64,000 bases of DNA, taken from the NCBI GenBank assembly GCA_050255815.1, contig JBLMVJ010000019.1, forward strand, positions 26-64,025, read 5' to 3'. Both the position numbers and the translations under genes were made by a program. Below the pieces are notes generated by a model. The model did not search any database and was not told the origin of the DNA. It was given only the letters and a program-made list of their open reading frames with translations. Origin of the DNA: Candidatus Levyibacteriota bacterium (GTDB taxonomy: Bacteria > Patescibacteriota > Microgenomatia > Levybacterales > GWA1-39-11). This document shows positions 55,607 through 64,000 of the stretch, piece by piece (the stretch's first letter is position 1; the number at the start of each line of letters is the position of its first letter).

Positions 55607-56230
55607 GTGCAAGCCAGTTCGACAAACTCACTGCAGGCAGTACTAAAGAATATGATTACCGTACCAGAAGCGACAGAAAAAATTGTAAAAAGGTCCAGAT
55701 ACCTTTCAGAGGCCATGTCTAAAGACCTGATAAACCTATCTTCTTTAGCCCGGTATATTAAGCCAGAAATTGAGGAAATGCTCATAAAAGAAGTGAGTCT
55801 TCCTTCTGTTATTATGGCTTTAAAGAGGCTGAGTGTAAAGCTGGCGCCCACTTCTTCTTTTCAAAATATCCTCTCCACCGCCCCCCAACTTACCGTCCGG
55901 TCTTCCCTATCTTTCCTCAGGTCAAAAACCGGGAAGTCTGAACACACAGGAAGCCTATTTGCCTTAACCCAAAATGAAAAGGAAACCGTAGCTTTAGTAG
56001 AAAAACAAAAAGGAGAAATACCTGTTTCTGCCATCACGATTAAACTGGAAAAAAATCATAAAGACATGCCGGGAGTCTATTATTTCTTTCTGAAATCCCT
56101 TGCGTGGGAACGGATTAACGTTTTAGGGATCTTTGCCACAGAAGAACATTTCACTATAGTAATTGAGGATAAGGATACATCCCGCGCGTTTGGAATACTG
56201 AAAACATTAGGAAGCGAAGTTAGTGGATAG
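55607..56230 (+). CDS. Hypothetical protein with ACT-like C-terminal region
   Basis: GTG start with AAGAGG SD 5 nt upstream. Overlaps the greA 3' end by 11 nt (convergent). Confidence 0.5.
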   Translation: MQASSTNSLQAVLKNMITVPEATEKIVKRSRYLSEAMSKDLINLSSLARYIKPEIEEMLIKEVSLPSVIMALKRLSVKLAPTSSFQNILSTAPQLTVRSSLSFLRSKTGKSEHTGSLFALTQNEKETVALVEKQKGEIPVSAITIKLEKNHKDMPGVYYFFLKSLAWERINVLGIFATEEHFTIVIEDKDTSRAFGILKTLGSEVSG

Positions 56231-56690
56231 AAACAACGGTGTATGTAATTTTTCCTGCTGGTGCTTCAACCTCAATCTTTTCCCCCACACCTTTCCCTAT
56301 CAAAGCCTTCCCTAAAGGAGATTCATGGGAAATTTTCTTGTTGTGGGGATCTGCTTCCCACTCTCCAACTAAAGAAAACTCTTCTTTCTTACCATTCACG
56401 GAAATTACAATTAAAGACCCAAGTTGTATTGTTTTTGTACCTTTAGAACCTTCAGTAATAAGCTCAACATTTTTAAGGATTTCAGATAATTCTTCTATCC
56501 TGCCATCAATTAAAGAAAGCTCTTCCCTGGCTGCCGTATACTCTGAGTTTTCAGAAAGGTCACCCATAGCGCGGGCTGCAGAAACCCGTTCCAGGACTTC
56601 AGGACGCTTTGTTTTAGAAAGTTCTTCCAGCTCACGCTTCAGCTCTTCCAAACCTTCTTTTGTTACAAATATTTTCTTTTTGTCTGACAT
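56220..56690 (-). CDS. greA: Transcription elongation factor GreA
   Basis: N-terminal coiled coil (EGLEELKRELEEL..RPEVLERVSAARAMGDLSENSEY) and C-terminal FKBP-like domain. 156 aa. SD AAAGGAGT. Confidence 0.9.
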   Translation of the reverse strand: MSDKKKIFVTKEGLEELKRELEELSKTKRPEVLERVSAARAMGDLSENSEYTAAREELSLIDGRIEELSEILKNVELITEGSKGTKTIQLGSLIVISVNGKKEEFSLVGEWEADPHNKKISHESPLGKALIGKGVGEKIEVEAPAGKITYTVVSIH

Positions 56691-56708
56691 AAATACTCCT
56701 TTTGGCTT

Positions 56709-56743
56709 AAAAAAAACCCCTTCCTTTGTATGGTTTGGGAGGG
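56709..56743 (-). terminator. Putative intrinsic terminator downstream of 56854-57768 gene
   Basis: Minus strand CCCTCCC-aaaccatacaaa-GGAAGGG followed by GTTTTTTTT. Stem has one C.A mismatch on the minus strand. Confidence 0.4.
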
Positions 56744-56853
56744 ATCTTGATAATATCTTGATATTGCTCTAAAAATAAAAATTTATTTTAGAATAAATAT
56801 CAAATGACACTATACTAGATGATCTTTGATATGTCAATATCCTGGAGTATGAG

Positions 56854-57768
56854 CTAATTTATTGCATATTCCAGTGCCCTTTTCTCTTCAATCTTCCTTT
56901 TTTTCATTTGGTTTTTTTGGGCCTTTATTTTAATTTCAAAAAGCTCCTGCACCATTTTTGCATAGGGTACCGGGTGGAACATAATAACAGAAGGAGTTAT
57001 GTATTCTGAAGTCACCCTTTTTTTCATGTAAGTATATTGCATAAAGAAAAAAACACGGTCTATAGGGCGCAACATCCAGGAAAAAAGAGTAACGGAAGAA
57101 TATTTTTTTTGCTCTTTGAATGCATGAGGAAGAAACTTTAAGGTCCACCTATTTTCAAACAGGAACTTTTGGTACATCTGGTTTTTTGATAGCAGGACCT
57201 TTAGTTGTGCTACTTCATGGGCAGTATAAATAGTCCTGTTTTTTTTGGGCATCTTCAATACATCTTCTGACAGAAACATATTGGGACAAATTTTATCCTG
57301 TTCAAACCTGCTTCCTCTTTTCCGCTTCTCCTGCAATAACAGGAGAATTACCTGGACCAGCAAGCGCGTAATCCATACGGTATTTTTTTTAGTGATAAAA
57401 AATAAATCTATATCATCATGCTTTTTTGCATTCTGCATAGAAACTCCTCCACTTACCCCTATGAGTTTTATAAAAGGAATAAATGCTAAAATATTTGAAA
57501 TCAAAATTGCTTTTGCCATTTTTTTCTTATTTCCTGCTGCTTGAGCATTCCGCTTCTTAATGAACTTTAAATCTCCCCGTAAAACAACATACTGTCCTTC
57601 TACTTCAAATAATGCAGGGTTTTTTGAGATGACAGCCAAAAGCCTGGGATAGGAGATTCTTTTATGGTAATGCAGGTATTTGTAGAGTTCAGAAATAGTT
57701 ACCGGATAAGAGAATATCTGAAAATAACAAAGAGTTTCAACAATTGCCTGCGGTAAAGGTTTATTCAT
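56854..57768 (-). CDS. Nucleotidyltransferase-fold hypothetical protein
   Basis: GVSGGVSMQNAKKHDDIDLFFIT resembles the GS..DxD minimal NTase motif. Otherwise unrecognised. Confidence 0.5.
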   Translation of the reverse strand: MNKPLPQAIVETLCYFQIFSYPVTISELYKYLHYHKRISYPRLLAVISKNPALFEVEGQYVVLRGDLKFIKKRNAQAAGNKKKMAKAILISNILAFIPFIKLIGVSGGVSMQNAKKHDDIDLFFITKKNTVWITRLLVQVILLLLQEKRKRGSRFEQDKICPNMFLSEDVLKMPKKNRTIYTAHEVAQLKVLLSKNQMYQKFLFENRWTLKFLPHAFKEQKKYSSVTLFSWMLRPIDRVFFFMQYTYMKKRVTSEYITPSVIMFHPVPYAKMVQELFEIKIKAQKNQMKKRKIEEKRALEYAIN

Positions 57769-57773
57769 ATATC

Positions 57774-59186
57774 TTACTTCACTCCATATTTGCTCAAAAC
57801 TTCAGTTTCCCCTGATCCTAATGTATCTATGGCAGAATCCGGGGAAGTATTATTTAGCATAGCATTTATTGCATTACCCAAATAAGTATTTAAGGCCGTA
57901 TTCATGGCGGCGTCATACGTATCTGAGGAAAATGGTGTAGATACCGCGTTATCAGCCTGGTCTAAAAATGGTTTTAAAAGAGGATTGGAAGCCAGTGATG
58001 CCTTCATGTCTTTCCTGGGATACAACTCACCAAAAAGCCTGGACTTTGATTCCAGTGTATACATTTTCTGAAGAGTATCTTTACTGCCTAAATATTTAAG
58101 GAATTCAAATGCCTCTTTAGGATGTTTTGTTTTTGCAGAAACTCCCTCAACCCAATAAGAGGCTATGGTTTCCGCCCTGTCTGCTGCCAGATGAGGAACG
58201 GGAACTATTTCAAAATTAAGGCTAGGATTTTTTGCCTTAATATCCAAAATGTCCCAGGAGTAACCAAAATACATTGCTAAAGAACCATCTGCAAAAGCCA
58301 GTTTTGAATTTTCCATGTCAGTATCCCATGTTTTACCTTTTCCACTACTGTCCCCTTTCCCAAAGGGAATATAATATCCGGCCAACGCATCTATTGCATT
58401 TTGCTTGGACTTGCCGCTGATATGATAAATATCTGCCCTGTTCTGGACTAAAAGAAGAGAGATAACATCAGATGCATGAGCAATGTTTTCATAACCACCC
58501 AAAGCCACTCCTGATGTTTTTATTTTTCCCGTTTCATCAGGAACGGTTAGGGAAGCCGCAACATCTGCAAGAGTATCCCAACTGGTAGGCGCATTAGCAA
58601 TGTCTCCGGCTTTTAACAGATCTTTGTTAACAAATAAAGCTAAGGTGTCTATCTGAAGAGGAACGCCATAGAATGCACCATTTTTTTGCAGGTCACTTTT
58701 AACCACACTGTAATAATCAGTATCTAATCCTAATGATTTAACAACGTCATTAGGCAAAGGAAGAAGATTTCCGGTACCAACTAATTCTAATGGCCAACTA
58801 TTGTGGAACCTGAATATGTCAGGCCCATTCCCGTTATTAATTCTGGTAGTCAAACGGTCAATATACTGCCCTTCCCCCTTTATATCCCTTTTTTCATAAT
58901 TCACGTGAATAGTAGGATGTGTCCGGTTAAAGTCTGCAATCACCTGGCTCATTACGGTTGAGTCTTCCCAAAGTCCCCAATACGTCAGCGTAACCGGCCC
59001 CTGTTTTCCGGCAAAAAACCGGGGGATAAAAAGGATTGCCAGAACTATAATAAGGATCAGTACAATTGCCCCTATTGCCAGGCGGAGAATCATGCCTTTC
59101 ATGCCGGAGCCTGTTTCAGGCATATTGCCGGACGCATCCTGGGTAATAGGAGTGGGCTGTTGGGGAGACAGCATAGTAGGATCCAT
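57774..59186 (-). CDS. ABC transporter extracellular solute-binding protein (sugar-type), N-terminal TM anchor; orphan
   Basis: TM anchor then TYWGLWED..FNRTHP..PDIFRFHNSW.. pattern of the SBP_bac_1 family. Start set at MDPTMLSP (59186), which lies 7 nt downstream of a TATAAT (leaderless-like); the track ORF extends to 59273. No permease or ATPase within the window. Confidence 0.75.
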   Translation of the reverse strand: MDPTMLSPQQPTPITQDASGNMPETGSGMKGMILRLAIGAIVLILIIVLAILFIPRFFAGKQGPVTLTYWGLWEDSTVMSQVIADFNRTHPTIHVNYEKRDIKGEGQYIDRLTTRINNGNGPDIFRFHNSWPLELVGTGNLLPLPNDVVKSLGLDTDYYSVVKSDLQKNGAFYGVPLQIDTLALFVNKDLLKAGDIANAPTSWDTLADVAASLTVPDETGKIKTSGVALGGYENIAHASDVISLLLVQNRADIYHISGKSKQNAIDALAGYYIPFGKGDSSGKGKTWDTDMENSKLAFADGSLAMYFGYSWDILDIKAKNPSLNFEIVPVPHLAADRAETIASYWVEGVSAKTKHPKEAFEFLKYLGSKDTLQKMYTLESKSRLFGELYPRKDMKASLASNPLLKPFLDQADNAVSTPFSSDTYDAAMNTALNTYLGNAINAMLNNTSPDSAIDTLGSGETEVLSKYGVK

Positions 59187-59250
59187 AGTATAATTATACT
59201 CACAGATTACCGGGGTAGTAAACTCTAGTAAAGAATATATATAGTATAAT
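59187..59250. promoter_or_regulatory. Divergent promoter region with palindromic AGTATAATTATACT and second TAGTATAAT
   Basis: 14-bp perfect palindrome at 59187-59200 gives TATAAT on both strands. Second TAGTATAAT at 59242-59250 lies 26 nt upstream of the vanW-like ATG. Confidence 0.35.
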
Positions 59251-59276
59251 GAGGCGCGCATATTGGCAATCAATTT

Positions 59277-60716
59277 ATGGCTGAAAAAAGTGGGGTAAAA
59301 CTCAAAAAAGGAAAAATTTCAAAAGTAAAACATGCAAAACACGCCATAAAACCGGCTTTTTGGTTTACGGTAGGCGTTTTATTTGCAAGCTTTTGCCTGG
59401 CAGCACTGGCTTTGGTATATTTTAAAGTAGCTTTTAAAAACCACGTCATTCCCGGTGTTTTTATAGGGTCCACATACGTAGGCGGTAAAACACCTGAAGA
59501 GGTAGAAAAAATATTCCTGGAAAAAAATGTACGTATTCAAAATACAAAAATTACTTTTTATGATGACGGGGATGCTGCTACCGCCTCAGCAAAAGACCTC
59601 AATATTGGATATGACACGCAACTTCTTAAAGAACAAGCTGAAAGTATAGGAAAATCTGCCGACGTTATTTCAAATGTATACTATATTATTAATTCCTACT
59701 TAAATGGCACGTACCTCAACCCTTCTTATACGGGTAACCTGGATAAGATTACTGCATTACTTGATCCTATCCAGAAAAAAACATATATACAACCACAAGA
59801 CGCTCTTTTTAAAGTAGAAAATAACCGGGTTACTGCGTTCCAGCAATCAACAGACGGAAAATCTATAGATTTTGATGAATTGAGACAAACGGTACAAAAC
59901 TTAATCCAACCCATCTCTGAAGGGCACCAGAAAGATATTGCCATCAAAATTCCGGTAAAAATCTTAAAGCCAACCGTAACAACTGAAAAGGCAAATAATT
60001 TTGGGATAGTAGAAGAGATAGGAGAAGGAAGCTCTATGTTTGGTCATTCTATACCTAACAGGATAGATAATATTGTCCTGGCAACCAGTAAAATAAACGG
60101 GGTTTTAGTTGCCCCAAATGAAGTATTCTCCTTTGATAAATACTTAGGGGATGTCTCAAAAAACACCGGCTATAAACAAGCATATGTTATCCAAAATGGA
60201 AAAACGGTATTGGGTGACGGAGGCGGTGTATGCCAGGTTTCTACCACCTTATTCAGGGCAATCTTAAACGCAGGTCTGCCTGTAGTAGAGCGGAACGCCC
60301 ATGCATACAGAGTAGGATATTATGAGGAAGATTCTCCTCCGGGAATTGATGCCACAGTTTTTTACCCCAGTGTTGATTTAAAGTTTAAAAATGATACCGG
60401 GAATTATATCCTTATCCAGTCAACCATGGATTTAGACAATTTAAAAATGTCGTTTATTCTTTATGGAAAAAAGGATGGCAGGGTTGCAACCCTTACCACT
60501 CCGGTTATTACCAACCAGATTCCTGCTCCGGAACCAATCTATCAGGATGATCCTACTCTTCCTAAAGGGACACTAAAACAGGTTGATTTTGCTGCTGCAG
60601 GAGCAACCGTAATATTCAGCAGGACGGTAACCAGAGGCGGAAAAGTAATCATCCAGGATACCTATAAATCAGTGTACCAACCATGGCATGCTGCCTACGT
60701 AAGAGGAACGGGATAA
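59277..60716 (+). CDS. VanW-family protein with N-terminal TM and PG-binding-like region
   Basis: VanW signature GDGGGVCQVSTTLFRAILNAGLP. Confidence 0.8.
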   Translation: MAEKSGVKLKKGKISKVKHAKHAIKPAFWFTVGVLFASFCLAALALVYFKVAFKNHVIPGVFIGSTYVGGKTPEEVEKIFLEKNVRIQNTKITFYDDGDAATASAKDLNIGYDTQLLKEQAESIGKSADVISNVYYIINSYLNGTYLNPSYTGNLDKITALLDPIQKKTYIQPQDALFKVENNRVTAFQQSTDGKSIDFDELRQTVQNLIQPISEGHQKDIAIKIPVKILKPTVTTEKANNFGIVEEIGEGSSMFGHSIPNRIDNIVLATSKINGVLVAPNEVFSFDKYLGDVSKNTGYKQAYVIQNGKTVLGDGGGVCQVSTTLFRAILNAGLPVVERNAHAYRVGYYEEDSPPGIDATVFYPSVDLKFKNDTGNYILIQSTMDLDNLKMSFILYGKKDGRVATLTTPVITNQIPAPEPIYQDDPTLPKGTLKQVDFAAAGATVIFSRTVTRGGKVIIQDTYKSVYQPWHAAYVRGTG

Positions 60717-60734
60717 TTCAAAAAACTATTTGTA

Positions 60735-61205
60735 ATGAGGAAAATAATTGAATATAAAGACCTTCAAGCCTCGTTAAACCGCATTAAATCCCAAGGGACC
60801 ATTGTTTTGGTGGGTGGTTGTTTTGATGTCTTACATAAAGGACATATAAAATTCCTCACAAAAGCACAAGAACATGGAGATATTTTAATGGTAATGCTGG
60901 AAAGTGATGAAAATGTGCGGGCAAGCAAGGGTCCGGGGCGGCCGGTAAATAACCAAATCCACCGTGCCCATATTCTGGCGGCATTAAAACAAGTTGATTA
61001 TGTTCTTCTCCTCCCTTCCCTCAAAACAGATCTGGAGTACTATGAGCTTGTAAAAAAACTGGAACCTGATATAATTGCAGTGACTGAAAATGATCCCGCC
61101 TATAAGAAAAAGGCTGAACAGGCGGAAATGGTTGGAGGAAAAGTGGTTGAGGTTATAGAAAGGCTCCCACACTCCACAACAAAAATATTAGAACAGGTTA
61201 ATTAA
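60735..61205 (+). CDS. Cytidylyltransferase-like nucleotidyltransferase (RfaE domain II / TagD-like)
   Basis: VLVGGCFDVLHKGHIKFL (HxGH) motif. 156 aa. Confidence 0.7.
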   Translation: MRKIIEYKDLQASLNRIKSQGTIVLVGGCFDVLHKGHIKFLTKAQEHGDILMVMLESDENVRASKGPGRPVNNQIHRAHILAALKQVDYVLLLPSLKTDLEYYELVKKLEPDIIAVTENDPAYKKKAEQAEMVGGKVVEVIERLPHSTTKILEQVN

Positions 61206-61215
61206 TTAAATAACG

Positions 61216-61689
61216 GTGAAAAAAGTATTAATTCTATACGGTCTTTTGATTCTAGTATTAGTAATCTTCTTTTTTATGAGGGGAGGAAATTTCTCCTTTG
61301 GCCTTCTATCCGGCGGCGCTACCGCAAAAATCAATGATAAAACCTATAAATTATTAGTTGCTAAAACTCAGGCAGACCAAATAAAAGGGCTTTCCGGAAG
61401 AGATTCACTTCCTGCAGACACCGGCATGCTATTTGTCTTTTCCCAAAAAGGGATATATCCATTCTGGATGAAAAATATGAAATTTCCTATAGATATTATT
61501 TTTATCAATGATAATAAAATTGTTGACCTTTTTGAAAATGCACAGGTGCCCGCAGCAGGAACACCGGATGTTGAAATCCAAAAATACCGGCCTTCTCAAC
61601 CGGGTAATTATGTGCTGGAACTCAATGCCTTTGAAATTGCAAAGCAGAAGATAAAGAAAGGCGACACGGTAACCCTCAAAGGAATATAA
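61216..61689 (+). CDS. DUF192 (COG1430) domain protein with signal anchor
   Basis: MLFVF..WMKNMKFPIDIIFIN..YVLELNA pattern of DUF192. Confidence 0.65.
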   Translation: MKKVLILYGLLILVLVIFFFMRGGNFSFGLLSGGATAKINDKTYKLLVAKTQADQIKGLSGRDSLPADTGMLFVFSQKGIYPFWMKNMKFPIDIIFINDNKIVDLFENAQVPAAGTPDVEIQKYRPSQPGNYVLELNAFEIAKQKIKKGDTVTLKGI

Positions 61690-61773
61690 AAAAAGAGTAC
61701 CAAAGGCTCCAAAAGTATCAAAGGTACCAAAAGCAATATCTCTCTTGATACCCGTGATACACTTGATACACTT

Positions 61774-62943
61774 ATGAAAATACTTGCCATTGAATCTTCT
61801 TGTGATGAAACTAGTGCTGCAGTGGTTGAGAAAAGCGGCGAAGAGATAAAAGTTCTTTCTAACATAACCGCCACCTCATTGGAAATTCATGCCGGAACAG
61901 GAGGAATAATCCCTGAAAACGCGGCAAGGATGCAGGTGAAATACATAATGCCCGTGATAATAGAAGCCCTCCAGTCATCAGGTCTCGATCCTCAGTTATC
62001 AGTAAAAGGTCAATCTGTAAATCAGTTAACCGGTCAACAGAAAACTCATAGACAGGCATCTGAAAACGGAAAACTGGAAACAGATAACTCTCTTGTTCAA
62101 CAAATACTAAGGGACCAGATAGATGCTATTGCGGTTACGTATGGGCCCGGGCTCATTGGTTCACTTTTAGTAGGGGTGGAAACTGCAAAAACACTTTCTT
62201 TTGTTTTTAACAAACCCATTATTCCGGTGAATCATCTTTTAGCACATCTGTTTGCGAATTTTATTTCATGCAGCACTAGCTCCTATTCTCTAGCCACTAG
62301 TCCCTTTCCTTTCATAGGCCTAATCGTCTCCGGTGGCCATACAGATTTACTGCTGTTCGAGGGAATAGAAAACTACAAATGGCTGGGTGGAACCCGGGAT
62401 GATGCAGCAGGAGAAGCACTGGATAAAATTGGCCGACTTCTTGGCCTCAGTTACCCTGCAGGTCCTGAAATTGAGAGGCGAGCCAGATTAGGATCAAAAA
62501 CAAAAATCCGTTTCCACGCTCCATTATTAGGAGAAAAAACCTACGACTTTTCCTTTTCAGGACTGAAAACCGAGGCAATGAGATACATTCAAAAACAGTC
62601 AACTATGAACCATGAACTATTAACTAACAGCTCTCTCATAAATGAAATATGCTTTGCCGTCCAAAAAGCAGTGATAGATGTACTGGTGAGAAAAACGCTC
62701 AGCGCTACCCAAGAATATGATGCTAAAAATATCCTATTGGGCGGAGGCGTCTCCGCAAACAACACACTCAGAGAAGCATTCAAGCAAAAGACTAAAGACC
62801 AAGGCCTGAAGACTAATATTTTTGCCCCCCAGCAAAAATATTGCACTGACAACGCAGCCATGGTAGGCACATATGCGCTTTTGCATCAAGAGCTAAGCAA
62901 TTGGGAAAATGTTTCTGTTAACCCGGAGCTTTATTTTGCATAA
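61774..62943 (+). CDS. tsaD: tRNA N6-adenosine threonylcarbamoyltransferase TsaD (Kae1/Gcp)
   Basis: ILAIESSCDETSAAVV N-terminus, IDAIAVTYGPGLIGSLLVG, and metal-binding HxxH context (VNHLLAHL). Has a ~40-aa insertion. Confidence 0.9.
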   Translation: MKILAIESSCDETSAAVVEKSGEEIKVLSNITATSLEIHAGTGGIIPENAARMQVKYIMPVIIEALQSSGLDPQLSVKGQSVNQLTGQQKTHRQASENGKLETDNSLVQQILRDQIDAIAVTYGPGLIGSLLVGVETAKTLSFVFNKPIIPVNHLLAHLFANFISCSTSSYSLATSPFPFIGLIVSGGHTDLLLFEGIENYKWLGGTRDDAAGEALDKIGRLLGLSYPAGPEIERRARLGSKTKIRFHAPLLGEKTYDFSFSGLKTEAMRYIQKQSTMNHELLTNSSLINEICFAVQKAVIDVLVRKTLSATQEYDAKNILLGGGVSANNTLREAFKQKTKDQGLKTNIFAPQQKYCTDNAAMVGTYALLHQELSNWENVSVNPELYFA

Positions 62944-63031
62944 ACCCCTTGCGAAATAGTTTTTCATACTTTACAATTGCTGCTTCCGTGTAGTTAGATT
63001 AGATATTGTTAATTAACATAAGTAAGAAGCT

Positions 63032-64000
63032 ATGAATAAAACACTGATATTGGTAGAGTCACCAACAAAAGCAAGAACACTAGCAAGATTTTTTGGAGAT
63101 AAATATGATATAGAAGCCTCCGTAGGCCACATCCGTGATTTACCTAAGGGAGATATTGGCGTGGATATAGAACATAATTTTGAACCGCGGTATGTTATCC
63201 CTAAAGCAAAGCAGAAAATCTTAACCGGCCTAAAAAAGAAAGTTAAAAATAAGGATGAAGTCCTATTGGCAACAGACCCTGACCGTGAAGGGGAAGCTAT
63301 CTCTTATCATCTATTAGAAATGCTAAAGCCGGAGGCAAAAAAAGATACAACCTTTAAGCGCATTGTTTTCCATGAAATTACGAAGGATGCAATAGAGGAA
63401 GCGCTCCAAAGCCCCAGGGGAATAGATGAAAAATTAGTGAACGCACAGACTGCCAGGCGCGTGCTGGACCGGGTTGTAGGATATAAAATTTCCCCAATTT
63501 TATGGAAAAAGATAAAACGGAATTTATCTGCAGGACGTGTCCAATCAATTGCATTACGTCTTATTGTAGAACGGGAACGGGAGATCCAAAAATTCCGGAC
63601 AGAACCATATTTTAAATTATTTTTAGTTATTAAGAAGAAAGACCAGGAGGTAGAATTTGAACTGAAAGAGTTTGATGGGAAAAAAGTTGATGTTACTGAA
63701 AAACTAGACTTATATGACGGGGAATATTCTTTTTCAAAAACTATTTTAGATGCTGCTACTGCAGACCAAATTATTGGCAATTTATCCTCCCAGACCTTCA
63801 CCGTTTCAGACGTAGTAAAAAAACAAACAAAACGTTCTCCGCTGCCACCATTTATCACTTCTACCATGCAAATAGAAGCTTCCCGCCGGATTAATTTTAA
63901 TAGCCGGAAAACAATGCAGGTTGCACAACGGCTTTATGAAGAGGGATACATCACGTACCACAGGACTGACTCTTTCAATCTGTCAAACCAATTTATTACG
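63032..64000 (+). CDS. topA: DNA topoisomerase I (5' partial; continues past window end)
   Basis: TOPRIM start LILVESPTKARTL, DLPKGDIGVD, ATDPDREGEAI, and GRVQSIALRLIVERERE leading into the catalytic domain. No stop before the window edge, so absent from the ORF track. Confidence 0.9.
   Translation, partial: MNKTLILVESPTKARTLARFFGDKYDIEASVGHIRDLPKGDIGVDIEHNFEPRYVIPKAKQKILTGLKKKVKNKDEVLLATDPDREGEAISYHLLEMLKPEAKKDTTFKRIVFHEITKDAIEEALQSPRGIDEKLVNAQTARRVLDRVVGYKISPILWKKIKRNLSAGRVQSIALRLIVEREREIQKFRTEPYFKLFLVIKKKDQEVEFELKEFDGKKVDVTEKLDLYDGEYSFSKTILDAATADQIIGNLSSQTFTVSDVVKKQTKRSPLPPFITSTMQIEASRRINFNSRKTMQVAQRLYEEGYITYHRTDSFNLSNQFIT

Noticed and set aside
63307-63867. 186-aa minus-strand ORF
   Set aside because: Antisense to the clearly recognisable topA coding sequence on the plus strand.

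Overview
This 64-kb window is a gene-dense (~90% coding), low-GC (~40%) bacterial segment, mostly transcribed on the minus strand; I found no rRNA, no intact tRNA and no CRISPR array. It looks like a reduced-genome (CPR/Patescibacteria-like) bacterium, based on a DUF5679 zinc-ribbon protein, a minimal TsaB, archaeal-type CoA enzymes and many membrane-anchored surface proteins. Standard genetic code is inferred (RF2 present).

Gene content, in order:
- secD (3' partial).
- A cell-surface glycosylation operon at 6.2-15.5 kb: rmlA-like, Nudix, rmlB, rmlD, ugd, rmd, gmd, a GT2-GtrA fusion and an ArnT/PMT-like GT-C transferase.
- t6A genes tsaB, tsaC and tsaE here, with tsaD at 61.8 kb.
- A PcsB-like coiled-coil cysteine-peptidase next to ftsX and ftsE.
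- prfB, PHP-domain and MazG-like proteins.
- A compact fatty-acid/polyketide-like set at 25.5-32.7 kb: a Sfp-type PPTase, two divergent FabH-like KAS III enzymes, a tandem double-hotdog dehydratase and a FabG-like reductase, followed by ppsA.
- A CE4 deacetylase, a family-4 UDG, two large surface proteins flanking a membrane-anchored OmpR-type winged-helix regulator, then secA, serS, rdgB, an RlmI-like methyltransferase and lysS.
- A fused archaeal-type PPAT/DPCK (CoA) gene, tdh-kbl, greA, an ABC solute-binding protein, VanW, a cytidylyltransferase, DUF192, tsaD and topA (5' partial).

Non-coding points of note:
- A 58-nt bipartite conserved element occurs twice (3.3 kb and 17.3 kb).
- A 510-nt regulatory-looking region lies upstream of secA, with a perfect-SD poly-lysine mini-ORF, palindromes and a GC hairpin.
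- There is a 44-bp tandem repeat with duplicated SD+ATG mini-ORFs.
- Several intrinsic terminators and leaderless-style TATAAT promoters are present.

All functional calls come from reading motifs and families directly in the translations; no database search was possible.
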